This document shows positions 22,724 to 35,204 of a stretch of DNA of 64,000 nt, piece by piece. The translations under genes and the position numbers were made by a program. The DNA is taken from contig NC_043005.1 of NCBI RefSeq assembly GCF_006345805.1, positions 54,002,001 through 54,066,000 on the forward strand, in the 5' to 3' direction. Within the stretch, counting starts at the first letter, position 1, and every line of letters begins with the position of its first letter. The stretch is from Octopus sinensis. Its lineage: Eukaryota. The notes under the pieces were generated by a model. It searched no databases and had not been told where the DNA came from. It saw only the letters and a list, made by a program, of their open reading frames with translations.

Positions 22724-23236
22724 AAGACCTGTTGAAGCAAGTGAGGATCAGAATCGAAATCGATCAATGGAAATTGCAGATGTGTTACCAGTGCCAGTGG
22801 CATGTCGAAACTCTACTTGTGTAGACCCGTTGAGGCAAGTGAGGATCAGAATGGAAATCGATCAATGGAAATTGCAGATGTGTTACCAGTGCCGGTGGCA
22901 TGTAAGAGAACCTTCCGTTTCGCGACCGTTGCCAGCACCGCCCCGTTTCGTGTCCGTTGCCAGCCTCGCCTGGCCCTTGTGCCGGTGGCACATAAAAAGC
23001 ACCATCCGTTCGTGGCCGTTTGCCAGCTCTGTCTGGCACCTGTGCGCGTGGCACGTAAAAAGCACCCACTACACTCACGGAGTGGTTGGTGTTAGGAAGG
23101 GCATCCAGCCGTAGAAACACTGCCAGATTTGACTGGGCCTGATGAAGCCTTCTGGCTTCACAGACCCCAGTAGAACCGTCCAACCCATGCTAGCATGGAA
23201 AACGGACGCTAAACGACGATGATGATGATGATGATG
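22724..23236 (+). mobile_element. Retroposon family D with duplicated 5' unit
   Basis: GACC(T/C)GTTGA(A/G)GCAAGTGAGGATCAGAAT occurs twice about 100 bp apart, followed by VNTR units and a (GAT)n tail. Confidence 0.85.
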
Positions 23237-23362
23237 AAACTGAAAGAAGCCCATCATATATGCATACATATGTGTGTGTGTGCATTTATGTGTGTGTGTT
23301 TGTCACCCCATAGTCACTTGACAACTGATGTTGCTAAAAGGTTAAATATGGTACCATAGCAA

Positions 23363-23400
23363 CTAGAGGGAGACCTTGTCTGCCTACGTGCAGGCAACTA
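23363..23400 (-). mobile_element. Isolated Helitron-like 3' end
   Basis: Hairpin TGCCT-ACGTGC-AGGCA lies about 14 nt from CTAG|T on the minus strand. Confidence 0.4.
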
Positions 23401-23689
23401 ATTTTCTTATCATTAAGGGGAAAATTATAAGTGCATAAAAGATAATTAGTAACTCACCTTCATATGTTTAAGTTTTGATGTGTATGTCTCTGTAGGGCAT
23501 ATATATATATATATACATGCTTGTATTTATATGTATATAAGTATATATGTATATATGCATTTATGTGTGCACGTGCGTATGTGCATGTATGTGTGTGTAT
23601 ATGTTGTGGGTGCAAACAAGTAGTTGAAGTGCATTGAAATAAAATACTAGGTCCTTGAGTCATTAATCTCATTTTCTCATTTCAATACA

Positions 23690-23734
<45 letters not shown>

Positions 23735-23918
23735 GTGAATATATATATAAATGTACATATATGTGTGTATATGTGCATATATACATATATGTATATATGT
23801 ACATATATATGTATAAATATCTACATTTTTGTATCTATGTTTATATATATATATATAAATATCTATATTTTTGCATATATTTGTGTATGTGTGAGCCTGT
23901 GTATGTGTGTGCGCGGCG

Positions 23919-23965
<47 letters not shown>

Positions 23966-24890
23966 TATGTGTGTGTGTGTCAATTAGTTTTCAAAATCAA
24001 TAACAGACATTTTTATTATATGAGCTTGAACTTAGAAATGATATTAACTCCCAAAGGATCTGATAAAATTAATACAAAAAATACACACATATGTACATAC
24101 GTACGTATGTACATACATACACACTTACATACATAATTACATACATATGTGTATGTATGTGTGAGAGAGAGAGAGAGAGAGAATGTGTGTTTGTGTGTGT
24201 GTATAAATCCTTCTCATTTAATTTTTTTTTATTTTATTTTCTATTTTTCTTTTTTCCTGAGCCTTTGAATTGATCTATGCAAACTATGTCAATTTTGTTT
24301 AATATCTAATTGAAATGAAAAAGCTATTAAGTAATAACATTCAATAGAGCTACCTTATGCACAGATGGGAATTCAAATTAATGACAGCAGAACCAAAGAG
24401 TTATTAATTGCCTTATTAACCATTGGGTATTTCAAATCTTACAAGATAACTTTTTACTATGGTCAGAGAAGTTATCAAATCAGTTAGGTTTTTCCAATTT
24501 TTTTGTTGTTATTTGTTTTTCTTTTTAGCTTTAGCTAGCTTTATGTGGCAAAATTAAATAATCTAATTCCACCTTGTTAAAATTGCCAATCAAATGTAAG
24601 CATTAACTGATTTTCATTTTATATAAAAAAAAAAAAACAGTAAAAATAAAGAAAGAAAAAGTAAAAAAATAAAAATAACCTCAAATATTTTTTCAGCAAG
24701 GTTTTTAAGTAGCAATAATGTCTGTTATTATTAATTTATAGAGCAAGCATCGGAGAAGTTGAGACAAGGAAAGGATTTCAATTCCCTGTTGTGCAAAGCT
24801 AATTCTCTTCACTCCAGTTATCATGCTAATGCTATTCAATTTCATTTTCACATGTGCATAGCTGTTATTAATTGTTTCATTGTTGTTGCT

Positions 24891-24922
<32 letters not shown>

Positions 24923-25739
24923 TGTTGTCAGTCATTATTGAACATTCCTATGTCCAAAATGTCTTTTATTCAACTATTATGTATCTGAAGCTACATTCCT
25001 GAATCTGTTCTTCTATATTTATGAAACTAAAGCTTGATATGGGTGACATTTGACTCTTATTTTTAGCAGTTCCTACAGCTACTATGTCATTTATTCAGGC
25101 CTATTGTATCTTAGAGACTATATTACCAAATTTGTCCTTCCATATTTATGCAACAGTAAAGTGTGATATGGAGGAGATTTGGCTATTATTTCTATTGTCC
25201 TAGACTGAATATGTAAATTATGAGCCTTTATGTTCTAGGACTTCATTACTGAATTTGCTCTTTCATATTTGGCTGTTATTTCTAACAAGTCCATAGACCA
25301 CACAGAAGATTTTTTTATTGGCTTAGATATTTTAGTTATCAGTCCTGGGTAAAAAGAGATTAATCTCAGTCAACCTGAACCTAGCAATGGTCTCTCAATC
25401 CCCTATGGATATTGTTTCTCTTCATTTTCCTTTCATATTTTGAGCGTTCAAAACATTTTGTGTTTTTTGTTTTCACCCTAATTGAAATTAATGGAATAAG
25501 TACCAGTAATTTATTGACTATTCCTGGCATTAGTGGAAAGTGTTAATTGTAATGAAAAAACAAAACAAAACAAAAGCAAATATTTTGGATCAAGTGTTAT
25601 GGAAATTCTTCTGGTTTTCATTTTATATCGACAATTTTGAAATAATTTGATGTCAGCTTATGAAGACAGGCTTACAACAAAATATAAGTAGAAATAAGGT
25701 AAAGTCTTTATCAGCAGACCCTATAATAAAATTTTGAGC

Positions 25740-26430
25740 ACTCGTCTGGAGCCTATACAAAAAGTCAGTAAGCAAAGTGAGACTCAGTGATTTCAGTGTA
25801 TTTAGTGTGAGAGTAGGAGGCTATCAATTCTCACACCCCAGCCTGCTCCTATACATCATAGTCCTACAGGCTATCATAGAGGAGTTTAAAAATTGCTGTT
25901 CATGGAACTCTTACTGATGACCTAGTTCTTATAGCTAAATCTATCGGGAAATTAGAGAGAAAATTCCAGTTTTGGAAATTAAACCTAAAATTCAAAGGTC
26001 TGAAGGTAAACTTAGCAAAGACAAAGGTTTTAGTAAGAAGTAAAGAAGACAGGACCCTGGTATTTTCAAGGAAATTGCCTTACTTGATAGGAGTAGGTAT
26101 AAAGCCTATATGCTGAATCCAATGTATGCTAGGGTTGCACAAGAGAAGTAATGAAGACACTGGCAACTAACAGAGAAAGTAGGCTTCATACGTGATAGAT
26201 GTACTGGAGTAGCATGTACAACGAACCCACCAGAAATCAATTCTCTTAAATACCTGGATGGCCCACTAGATGTAGATGATAGCTTTTGCTACATAGGAGG
26301 TGTCCTCATGAAAGGAAATGGTTGCTCTGAAAGTATAGTAACAAGAGTAAGAATGGATTGGAAAAAGTTCAGGGAGCTATACTGCTGTTGGCCACAAAGG
26401 TCTTTTTGCTCAGAGTGAAGGGCTTTATAT
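25740..26430 (+). mobile_element. Decayed RTE-clade LINE reverse-transcriptase fragment
   Basis: LYIIVLQAIIEEFK..W..(Y)TDDLVLIAKSIGKLERKFQFWKLNLKFKGLKVNLAKTKVL and DSFCYIGG..GCSESIVTRVRMDWKKFREL match RT domains 4-7. Frameshifts and stops present. Confidence 0.85.
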
Positions 26431-26529
26431 GCTTTTGTTTTTAAAAAGTTGTTTATATTATCCTATCTCATATATTATATTTTATAGTATATTATATTTT
26501 ATTATAATGTAATTAATTGTTAGATTGTC

Positions 26530-26715
26530 AATTGTATTTCTCTATGGAATTTATCATTTCTAATTTGTATTTATCATGTGTTTAAGGATGTATTAGTATA
26601 ATGCTCAGGAATAGAAAAAGTCTTTTACGTTTCGAGCCAACGCTCTTCTACAGAAAGGGACACAGAAAAAAACAAGGAGAGAAAAAAATGTGTGTAGTAG
26701 CTAATGATCTATCAT
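26530..26715 (-). mobile_element. Penelope-like terminal fragment containing a hammerhead-like motif
   Basis: Bounded by AT-rich/(AT)n sequence. Related to 30000-30165 and 32405-32590. Confidence 0.55.
26622..26657 (-). ncRNA. Minimal type I hammerhead-like motif (variant core CUGUAGA)
   Basis: CTTT CTGTAGA A GAGC GTTG GCTC GAAA C GTA AAAG: 4-bp stem I, 4-bp stem II, palindromic ACGU stem III, GUA cleavage triplet. Confidence 0.55.
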
Positions 26716-26728
26716 ATATATATATAGG

Positions 26729-26990
26729 GGAAGGAGCATAACCTAGTGGTGAGGCTGTTGCACTTACAACTGATAGATCATGTGTTCAATTCCTAGACCA
26801 GATGGCATATTGTGTTCTTGAGCAAAGCACTCCATTTCATGTTGCTCTGGTCACCCTTTCAATCAGTGGGGAATGTTGGCTTACTTACCTAGCATCATTC
26901 AAAGGTTATAACGAGGCAAAGCACATTGTGACCAGTGATGTGTAACAACATCTAATTAGCCTGGTTGGTCACATGTCATGTGGGATGTAA
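26729..26990 (+). mobile_element. SINE family C/E variant
   Basis: CCTAGTGG...GTTCAATTCC tRNA boxes, TTGTGTTCTTGAGCAAAGCACT segment, CATTGTGACCAG.GATGTGTA.CAACATCT tail shared with 34344. Confidence 0.75.
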
Positions 26991-27000
26991 CCTATAAATA

Positions 27001-27036
<36 letters not shown>

Positions 27037-27071
27037 TGTATGTATGTATGTATGCTGTGCTTCATTCATAT

Positions 27072-27307
27072 ATATTTCTTTACTACCCACAAAGGGCTAA
27101 ACATAGAGAGGACAAACAAGGACAGACAAAGGGATTAAGTCGATTACATCGACCCCAGTGCGAAACTGGTACTTTATTTATCGACCATGAAAGAATGAAA
27201 GGCAAAGTCGACCTTGGCGGAATTTGAACTCAGAACGTAATGACAGACGAAATACCGTTAAGCATTCCGCCCGGCGCGCTAACGTTTCTGCCAGCTCGCC
27301 GCCTTGA
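27072..27307 (-). mobile_element. SINE family A, full length, young
   Basis: Near-consensus with CpGs retained. 16-bp TSD TGT(G/A)CTTCATTCATAT at 27056-27071 and 27308-27323. Confidence 0.92.
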
Positions 27308-27404
27308 TGTACTTCATTCATATCCAGGTGTTGCATAGTGGCATTGAATTAAAAAAAACATGCTGTTGTGAAACAAACTTCCTAACCATGCAGCTAGGCC
27401 AGTT

Positions 27405-27823
27405 ACTCTTTACTCTTTTACTCTTTTACTTGTTTCAGTCATTTGACTGCGGCCATGCTGGAGCACTGCCTTTAGTTGATCAAATCGACCCCGGGACTTA
27501 TTCTTTGTAAGCCCAGTACTTATTCTATCGGTCTCTTTTGCCGAACCGCTAAGTAACGGGGACATAAACACACCAGCATCAGTTGTCAAGCAATGCTAGT
27601 GGGACAAATACAGATACACAAACATATACACACATAATATATATATATATACATATATACGACAGGCTTCTTTCAGTTTCCATCTACCAAATCCACTCAC
27701 AAGGCATCGGTCAGCCTGGGGCTATAGCAGAAGACACTTGCCCAAGATGCCACGCAGTGGGACTGAACCCAGAACCATGTGGTTGGTTAGCAAGCTACTT
27801 ACCACACAGCCACTCCTGCACCT
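27405..27823 (-). mobile_element. SINE family B, full length
   Basis: Reverse complement of the 21433 structure. Confidence 0.92.
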
Positions 27824-28681
27824 AGTTAGTTTTTTTTTGGGGGGGGGGGGTTTGGTTTTTGTTTTTTTGGAGGGTGGGTTATTCGTTTTGAGGTAAAGGA
27901 AGGATAAAATTATTATTTCAAATGACCATTGTTGGTTTCATCATGATAATGGACTTCACATGTTAGCATTGTTTAACTGATTAGCTCTACTGTGGCAGCA
28001 TGAAATATTAAGATACAAATTACAATATCGCTGCAGCTTGAAACTATAAATATTTAACATAAAATGTGTTATCAATTAAACGTCTAAATTAATTCCAGAT
28101 AATGAAGCCATTCTTATCAATAATTGATCATGTCAGCAAATGGCACAATTATCCATGTGACTAATTATGTTAATATGAATATGAAATATTCCTACTCTTC
28201 ATACAATTCTTCATCAAATATTCCCCGTTACACAAGGGTTAGTCAGACAAGTAACCACAAGCACATACTCCGTAAGGGAAGCTGCTGCATGGTTACTCAT
28301 ATTGCAAGAAATAGCTGTCACATCTACCCTTTGAATCAAATTGCATCACTATAAGCATCAGATACTTGTCTTGAACAAAGTTCTATTTGATATCCTTAAC
28401 TATCTCCAAAGTTTTTCAAATAACCATGATAAGAATAAATTCATGAATGTGTGTTTTCATGGGCACTTGACTATCTAGAAATAGCAGCTGAATCTTCTCA
28501 TATCACACTTTACCATCTTCAGGAAGATAAGGACACATTGGATATCATAGTTCTTGAAATGATATACTGCTTTAAAAGTCAGACTCTTTTATAATACATT
28601 ACAGGTATGCTCTTTCAGAGCTCACCTGGGCTGAACAACAACAGCAGCAACAACACCACCAGCAAAGCAGCAGCAACAGCA

Positions 28682-29047
28682 GTGGAGACGCAATGGCCCA
28701 GTGGTTAGGGCAGCGGACTCGTGGTTGGAGGATCGAGGTTTCGATTCCCAGACTGGGCATTGTGTGTGTTTATTGAGCAAAAACACCTAAAGCTCCATGA
28801 GGCTCCGGCAGGGGGTGGTGGCAACCCCTGTTGTACCCTTTCGCCCCAACTTTCTTTCACTTTTTCTTCCTGTTTCTTATCCCCGACTTCCTACGCAACC
28901 GCTGAGCCTGGATGCACATTCATCCATCCGTCGATGTTCTCGGGGTCGGGGGTTGACCTGCTTTCTCTTCTGCGAGTCTTACAAATAGCGAAGGACCACG
29001 ATTCGGACTTCTCCCACTGCGAGCTCTGGGACAAAGACTGCTTCACT
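28682..29047 (+). mobile_element. SINE family E (tRNA-Arg-like head)
   Basis: TGGCCCAGTGGTTAGGGCAGCGGACTCG...GGTTTCGATTCCC. Related copies at 34343 and 57493. Confidence 0.8.
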
Positions 29048-29877
29048 CAACAGCAACATCAGCAGTAACAGCAACAACATCATCAACAACAACAATATCG
29101 TACTTGAATCAAAATGTTCCCTAACTCTTGAATATTAATTTCAACAATAGAGCTGGAAATGACAGAGATACAAAAGTAACAGAAACTTTTATTGCGTTTA
29201 GTTTTGATCTGCTCTGGTTTTTATAATTCAGTTTCTGTTAAGGTCAGTTTGCAGCTATTTGATCTTGATTGATAAAATATATAATTGTAGAGCTTGTAAT
29301 AAGCAAGAATTTATCCAGCAAAGTGTATCATTCTCTTAATTTTTTTTCGAAAAATAACGAAAACTTGAAACAGAAATAGATTTGCACTCCAAAGAAAAAA
29401 ACAAATCAATAATATTCACTTTAAAAAAATTTAGAATCAATTATAGGAAATATGTATTTAATAAGAATTAAAAACAAAAATGACATACAGAAAAGGTTTT
29501 AAGATTTCTTAAAGTATATCTTTCAGTCAGTTACACACACACACACATATAGTGTGTGTGTGTGTGTGTGTGTGTAAAATGAGGTAGTTTGGGTGAAGCA
29601 TTGTGAGGTATAACTTTAAAGAATGTGGTTGTGTAAAGCTGGGATAATGCGAGGTGGTACAAAGTAAAGTACAAAAGAGAAAAACAGAACAAAGCTGAAG
29701 TTTTACCTTGTATTTCTATATTTTGGGGTGAAATATACAAATAAATATATAAATGAGATGACAAAGGAATTAACAATTATCTTATGAACTTTGATAACCA
29801 TTTATTTCTTTGTCATCTCATCTTATTACTGTTCTGTGCTCAAGCAACTCTTATATACATACATACATATATATATA

Positions 29878-29952
<75 letters not shown>

Positions 29953-30030
29953 GTATATATATGTATATATATGTATATATATATATATATTAAAAAAACA
30001 AAAGACGAAGACAGGTGGTGTACAAAACAA

Positions 30031-30253
30031 AAGGATGTATTAGTATAATGCTCAGGAATAGAAAAAGTCTTTTACGTTTTGAGCCAACGCTCTTCTACAG
30101 AAAGGGACACAGAAAAAACAAGGAGAGAAAAAAAATGTGTGCAGTGGCCAATGATCTATCATATATATATATATATATAGGGGAAGAGGCATAGCCTAGT
30201 GGTGAGGCTGTTGCACTTACAACTGATAGATCATGTGTTCAATTCCTAGACCA
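30031..30253. repeat. Local duplicate of 26584-26800 (Penelope-like end + (AT)n + SINE head)
   Basis: Near-identical sequence across two unrelated repeat junctions. Confidence 0.9.
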
Positions 30254-30876
30254 TATATATGTATGTATGTATGTATATAAATATGACATAACAAACGAAG
30301 GAAAAACGTTTCCTTCAAAGGGGTGTAAAACATACAGTTCACTGGTACAGCAGTTGAATATCACAGAAATAGGGGTATAAATACAAATTAGAAATGATAA
30401 ATTCAATAGAGAAATACAATTGACAATCTAACAATTAATTACATTATAATAAAATAAAATATACTATAAAATATAATATATGAGATAGGATAACATAAAC
30501 AACTTTTTAAAAACAAAAGCATATAAAGCCAACAGTTTGTTTAGACTTATATACATTATTTAATTTATAAAGAATTAATATCTGTGTATACAAGTCTCTT
30601 CAGGGCCTTGGTTCAAATAGACAGGTGTAGTTCCATGTAAAAGACTGCTAGATTGCATAATGCTGATTGAAAATACCTATTTGTAGGAGTGTGAGCTTTA
30701 ACAATTCAAATACATAATAAGTACAATAAAAGAACAAAAAAATGCAAATGGATAAAATAATAATTAAATAAAGAAAATTTACAACGGTCAAAAAATGTTT
30801 TTATATATCTCCAGTGATATTAATCTAAATGTATTTAAATCAAAAGTAATCACTGGCCATTTTAATAATGATTATA

Positions 30877-30884
<8 letters not shown>

Positions 30885-30949
<65 letters not shown>

Positions 30950-31520
30950 TAAATGCCCTGATGCAGTACCAGACAGTGGCTCTCATGGTTTCTGATATTA
31001 ACTGATTGGAAGTGTTATCATGTACATTGTTTTGTCTTGGTATAAAAGATGGGCTACAGCAAATATTCTACTCAATACCACAAATTTGCTTGTCAGTTGT
31101 TTGGCCTTAATCAGTTGAGCATGTCCCTTGGTGGCTGATATGTGCCTCTCTGATCACGAACAGTAGTGGGGGAGCATCATAACCATGTGTTGAGAGGGAT
31201 TCTTTGGGGTTTGAATAATTCACCTCTGAAAACATGGGTGTTTCATTCAACATCCTTCAACAACCCTTATTCAGGGACCTTTTGAGTGGGATGGGTTACT
31301 CTACCAGAAGAAAATTCTAACTGGGCCCCACCTGCAAGGTCATGTGCTGTTTATCTTGATATGAGATCACCATGTCGTGCACACATAGTTGTGATGCATG
31401 TGCCTAGTGTACCCTTATCAGACGGGTAGTTATGATAGGTATACTGGACTTCGTATATTTTACCCCAGTGTCACTTTGATGGCATGCACCTCTCTCTCAC
31501 TCAATAATAATAATAATGAG
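30885..31520 (+). mobile_element. 3' UTR-like fragment of a Dong/R4-like LINE between (TAA)n arrays
   Basis: Preceded by (AAT)n at about 30885-30947 and ends in (AAT)n. Its 3' 150 bp is shared with 50096-50250, which follows RLE coding sequence. Confidence 0.6.
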
Positions 31521-32366
31521 AAGAAGAAGAAGAATAACAACAACAACAACAATAATATATAAAGTATGAGAGTTTTACTTAGTTTTAGAGACAGATAAAT
31601 TGTGTAAATCAATATTTATTCTATAAATAAGCCTATACATGTTTGAAAGAACATATTCCTAGTATATCAACTAACTATTTATTTCTATGTGCTACTTTTC
31701 ATATATTTCTGATTACTCAAAGAAAATATATATAAACTATATACAATGATAGTATATAATATCTCCTCTCAGTTATTTATTGTTATTGATATAAAGATTA
31801 TTCAAAGTATCTAACAAATAATGGTCCTTATGTATGCAGTTTATTGAAGTGAGAACTCCGTAAATTAATATAAACAAAAAACATGGATCTGCGATAATTA
31901 TAATCTATATTATTCTTTTTAGATAAAAAAATAATTAACTATAAATAAAAAATATATATCTAAATTACACTAAGTCTTTCAGAAGTAATAAAATTAGAGC
32001 ATTGCAATATATATATAAGCTCTAAAGTACACAATATTATAAAAATTATTAGAATTATTGAATTTAGTTTGTATCATAATTAATACATATATTTACGATT
32101 ATTCAAAAATATATAATTATATATAATAATTGTTGTAATCTACTTATTCATATTTACATAAACATTGTTCCTAGAATAAATACCAAATTACTTAGTTTAT
32201 CAGAGTAAAAAAATAACTAATTGTTGGCTTTATTTGTTTTCTTTAAAGAAAAGATTGGTTATGTTATTTTATATTATATTATACTTTATCATATATTATA
32301 TTATATTTTAATGTAATATATTGATAGATTATCAATTGTATTTTTCTATTTAATTTATTGTACATA

Positions 32367-32404
<38 letters not shown>

Positions 32405-32412
<8 letters not shown>

Positions 32413-33085
32413 CATGGTGAAAATATTTTAGAAAAACTCTAAGGCATGGTAAGAAAACAGAGTGTATTAGGTTCACACTCAGGAAGAATAAAAGGAAAAA
32501 AACATTCATATTTCAAGCATGTGCTCTTCAGCAGAAAGAATACACAAAGAGAGATAAAAATGGAGAGAATAGAATAATAAATGTGCCTCAATTAGACAGT
32601 CACTGCATGCAGAAAAGACTGGAAGAGTAAAACATACATATCCTCCTCCACTTCCTCCTCCTCCTCCTCTTCCTCTTCATCATCATCATCATCATTATAA
32701 TGATCATTTAATGTTTGCTTTTCATGCTGGCATGGGTAAGACAGTCTGACTGGAACTGACAAGTCAGAAGATTGCAGCAACCTCACTTTGCTCTTTCTTT
32801 CCCTCTCTCTGTCTCTCAGTCTCTGTCTGTCTGTCTGTCAGTCTGTCGGTCTGTCTCTCTTTCTTTCTGTATATAAAGTTAATCCAAACATGAAACACAA
32901 AGAGAAAGCACAACAACGTGAGGATGTGGAACAAGTATAGTGTTATTGGACGCACAGGAAAGGAAAGAAAGAAGGAGGATTTAACGTTTCAAGTGGAGCA
33001 CTTCATCAGAAACATAGGAAGAGGAAAGATCCAAGGAAGGGAAGACGGAGGAAAAAAATCGCCAATGGTACACATGTGGTCACAT
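32405..33085 (-). mobile_element. Two Penelope-like terminal fragments (32405-32590, 32877-33085) flanking a family D tail (about 32590-32780)
   Basis: Both contain hammerhead-like motifs. The D tail has CATGCTGGCATGGG and (CAT)n. Confidence 0.55.
32980..33013 (-). ncRNA. Degenerate minimal hammerhead-like motif (canonical CUGAUGA core)
   Basis: TTT CTGATGA A GTGC TCC ACTT GAAA C GTT AAA; stem II is decayed. Confidence 0.5.
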
Positions 33086-34134
33086 TATATATATATATAA
33101 ACATATATGTATGCATGCACACACATACATATATATCATTGTTTACTTCAGTCTGTCTTTCCATGCTAGCATGGGTTGCACAAAGGTTTATTTGAGGCAA
33201 GGTCTCAACAATTGTTCTTTTCCTGAAAGAACGATTAAAAAGAAAAGTAAGAAAAACACTAGATAAAAATAGCTTTCATGAGATAATGCACACACACGCA
33301 CATGCACACTCACTCACACACACATACACACACGTATGTTTGTTATCTCTTAAAATTTAGTTTAACCGTTTATTTTTTTTTTAGCAGTTGTTCTTTTGGG
33401 AACTATACTTGCCCATTCCAGTTACTGGCCTTGTGCCTAGTCAAAACTAATCAGCAATTTTTTTGGCTTGAAACCTCATAATTAGACCTAGTAGATATTA
33501 ATTGATAACACTGTATTTTATCAATTTTAAATGATTCTGAATAGTTTCATAGAAATAATAATATTCTGCTAATATCCCAGTTCCTATCTCACAGAAAATA
33601 TTTGAGATATTCATCAACGTAGAATTAACATTTATCCTGCTAACCCCTTATCTGATAAACATCAAGACTTCTAAAGATTTTCTTTAATTTTCTTGATTAA
33701 GCCATCAACAATTCTTAGTACATTGACATTTACATAAGTAGAATTTATAATTATTTTTAAATTTATGGAAATATTTATTGAATTAAACAGTTTTGTATTT
33801 CAGACTAATATTTTCTTCTGATTTCCATTAAAATTTTATTATTTACTTTCTTCTTAGTTTCTTTGTAATGAAGTGTAGCGAGTTATTGTAAATTTTGGAC
33901 TAAAGAATCTTGTTCAGGCTGTTTGTATTCTCAGCTCAAATCAGGCTGATGTTAATTTTCTGAATCACCTTCTTTGTTTTAATGAGTCTAGTTCCTGCTA
34001 CATCACATATTTAATATTTTCAGCCAGGTGAGTTGGTGTTAACATATATAATGCATGGAGTCAAAAAAACTGACAAGAAATAATTATAGTGTAGACAGAT
34101 ATGTTTCAGTGTTATTATCAACTTATCAGTCATA

Positions 34135-34653
34135 AGTGTAAGTGTGTGGTAAGAAGTTTGTTTGAGAACCACATGGTTCCAGGTTCTGTTCCACTGCATG
34201 AGACCTTGAACAAGTGTCTTCTACTATAGCTTCAGGCTGACCAAAGTCTTGTGAGGGAATTTGATAGAAACTAAAAGAAGCCCATTGTATATCTGTATGT
34301 ATGTGTATATATGTGCGTTTGTGTGTGTGTGTGTGTGTGTGTGTGGAGGCACAAAGGCCCAGTGGTTAGGGCAACAAACTCGTGGTTGTTGGATCGTGGT
34401 TTCGATTCCCAGACCAGGCGTTGTGTCTGTTTATTGAGTGAAAACACCTAAAGCTCCACGAGGCAATGGCAGGGAGTGGTGGCGATCCCTGCTGTACTTT
34501 TTCGCCACAAATTTCTCTCACTCTTTCTTCTGTTGGCCTGCTTGCTTAGCCAGCAGGGTGACGTCATTTGAAGGCTAAAACAATGTGAAGTGCATTGTGA
34601 CCAGCGATGTGTAGCAACATCTGATAGCCTGGTCAGTCACAGTGATCACAGTG

Positions 34654-34655
<2 letters not shown>
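34135..34655 (+). mobile_element. SINE B head (34135-34300) followed by SINE E (34343-34655)
   Basis: Family motifs as above. Confidence 0.8.
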
Positions 34656-34688
<33 letters not shown>

Positions 34689-34808
34689 GAGAGAGAGAGA
34701 GAGAGAGAGGGTGGGTGGGTAGGTGTGGTAATTATGTGGATAAATAAATTAGATACATCATATATATTAAATATATTAGATTGGGTATATATTTAACATA
34801 CTTGATAT

Positions 34809-35204
34809 ACTCTTTTACTTGTTTCAGTCATTTGACTGCAGCCATGCTGGAGCACCGCCTTTAGTCAAGCAAATCGACCCCGGGATTTATTCTTTGTAAG
34901 CCCTGTACTTTTTCTATCGGTCTCTTCTGCTGAACTGCTAAGTGATGGGGACGTAAACACACCAGCATCGGTTGTCAAGCAATGCTAGGGGGACAAACAC
35001 AGACACACAAATACACACACATACATATATATATACATATATACGACAGGCTTCTTTCAGTTTCTGTCTACCAAATCCACTCACAAGGCATTGGTTGGCC
35101 CGGGGCTATAGCAGAAGACACTTTCTCAAGATGCCACGCAAGGGGACTGAACCCGGAAGCATGTGGTTGGTTAGCAAGCTACTTACCTCACAGCCACTCC
35201 TGCA
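34809..35204 (-). mobile_element. SINE family B, full length
   Basis: Tail, microsatellite and head in reverse orientation. Confidence 0.92.

Noticed and set aside
28690-28765. tRNA-Arg-like sequence as a tRNA gene (also SINE heads at 51305 and 34350)
   Set aside because: No intact cloverleaf, and it continues into a shared SINE body.
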